From NCBI GenBank assembly GCA_013202935.1, contig JABMRG010000093.1, positions 1 through 35,609 of the forward strand: a DNA stretch of 35,609 nt. The letters run 5' to 3'. Source of the DNA: Candidatus Omnitrophota bacterium (GTDB lineage Bacteria; Omnitrophota; Gorgyraeia; JABMRG01). The position numbers and the translations under genes are program-made. A model generated the notes under the pieces. That model did not search any database. It had not been told where the DNA came from and saw only the letters and a program-made list of their open reading frames with translations. Positions 35,564 to 35,609 of the stretch are shown piece after piece (within the stretch, counting starts at the first letter, position 1; every line of letters starts with the position of its first letter).

Positions 35564-35609
35564 CGGGGTGTAGCGCAGTTTGGTTAGCGCGCCTGCTTTG
35601 GGAGCAGGA
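35564..35609 (+). tRNA. tRNA-Pro(UGG), 5' portion truncated by the window end
   Basis: Acceptor arm CGGGGTG, TA, D-stem GCGC / loop AGTTTGGTTA / GCGC, anticodon stem CCTGC-GCAGG with loop TTTGGGA (anticodon TGG at 35599-35601). Closely resembles remembered E. coli tRNA-Pro. Confidence 0.8.

Overview
This is a low-GC bacterial chromosome segment from a diderm organism: BamD-like, LptE, Lnt, LolA-like and MurJ genes are all present. It probably comes from an uncultivated lineage, but I cannot assign taxonomy from sequence alone.

Right half (19.8-35.6 kb): ordinary, tightly packed housekeeping genes. In order they are a CE4 polysaccharide deacetylase, comEA, a short comEC, a PilZ protein, a BamD-like TPR protein, lptE, holA, rpsT (minus strand), murJ, a compact uvrC, an MGMT-like protein, a LolA-like protein, prfB with the canonical +1 frameshift site, secA, lnt, and the 5' part of tRNA-Pro(UGG).

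Left half (0-19.8 kb): the interesting part. A cytoplasmic GH94 glycan phosphorylase is followed by eight consecutive exported or membrane-anchored proteins. They sit in two transcription units driven by near-identical TTGACA-N17-TATACT promoters.
- Unit 1 (2791-15073) encodes:
  - A, an orphan secreted protein.
  - B, a 933-aa protein with an A-like N-terminal domain fused to a helical-repeat region and a CBM-like domain.
  - C, a two-domain Ig-like protein with a PapD-chaperone-like pattern.
  - D, a 4x PKD protein with a CFIATAAYG-type C-terminus.
  - E, a GspC/PilP-like HR+PDZ adaptor.
  - F, a 1306-aa candidate outer-membrane beta-barrel with a Pro/Lys-rich spacer.
- No ATPase, pilin, secretin or usher is visible, so I cannot map this combination onto any described secretion or pilus system. 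I flag it as the candidate novel system.
- Unit 2 (15120-19480) encodes G, a membrane-anchored TraB/GumN/ChaN(Tiki)-superfamily-like protein, and H, an 867-aa orphan.
- The whole 19.4-kb block is bracketed by copies of a ~100-bp modular repeat, including a 25/25-nt identical box. Two of the copies form a ~210-bp imperfect palindrome at 19561-19765.

All functional calls come from motif recognition by eye. No HMM, BLAST or structure search was possible.
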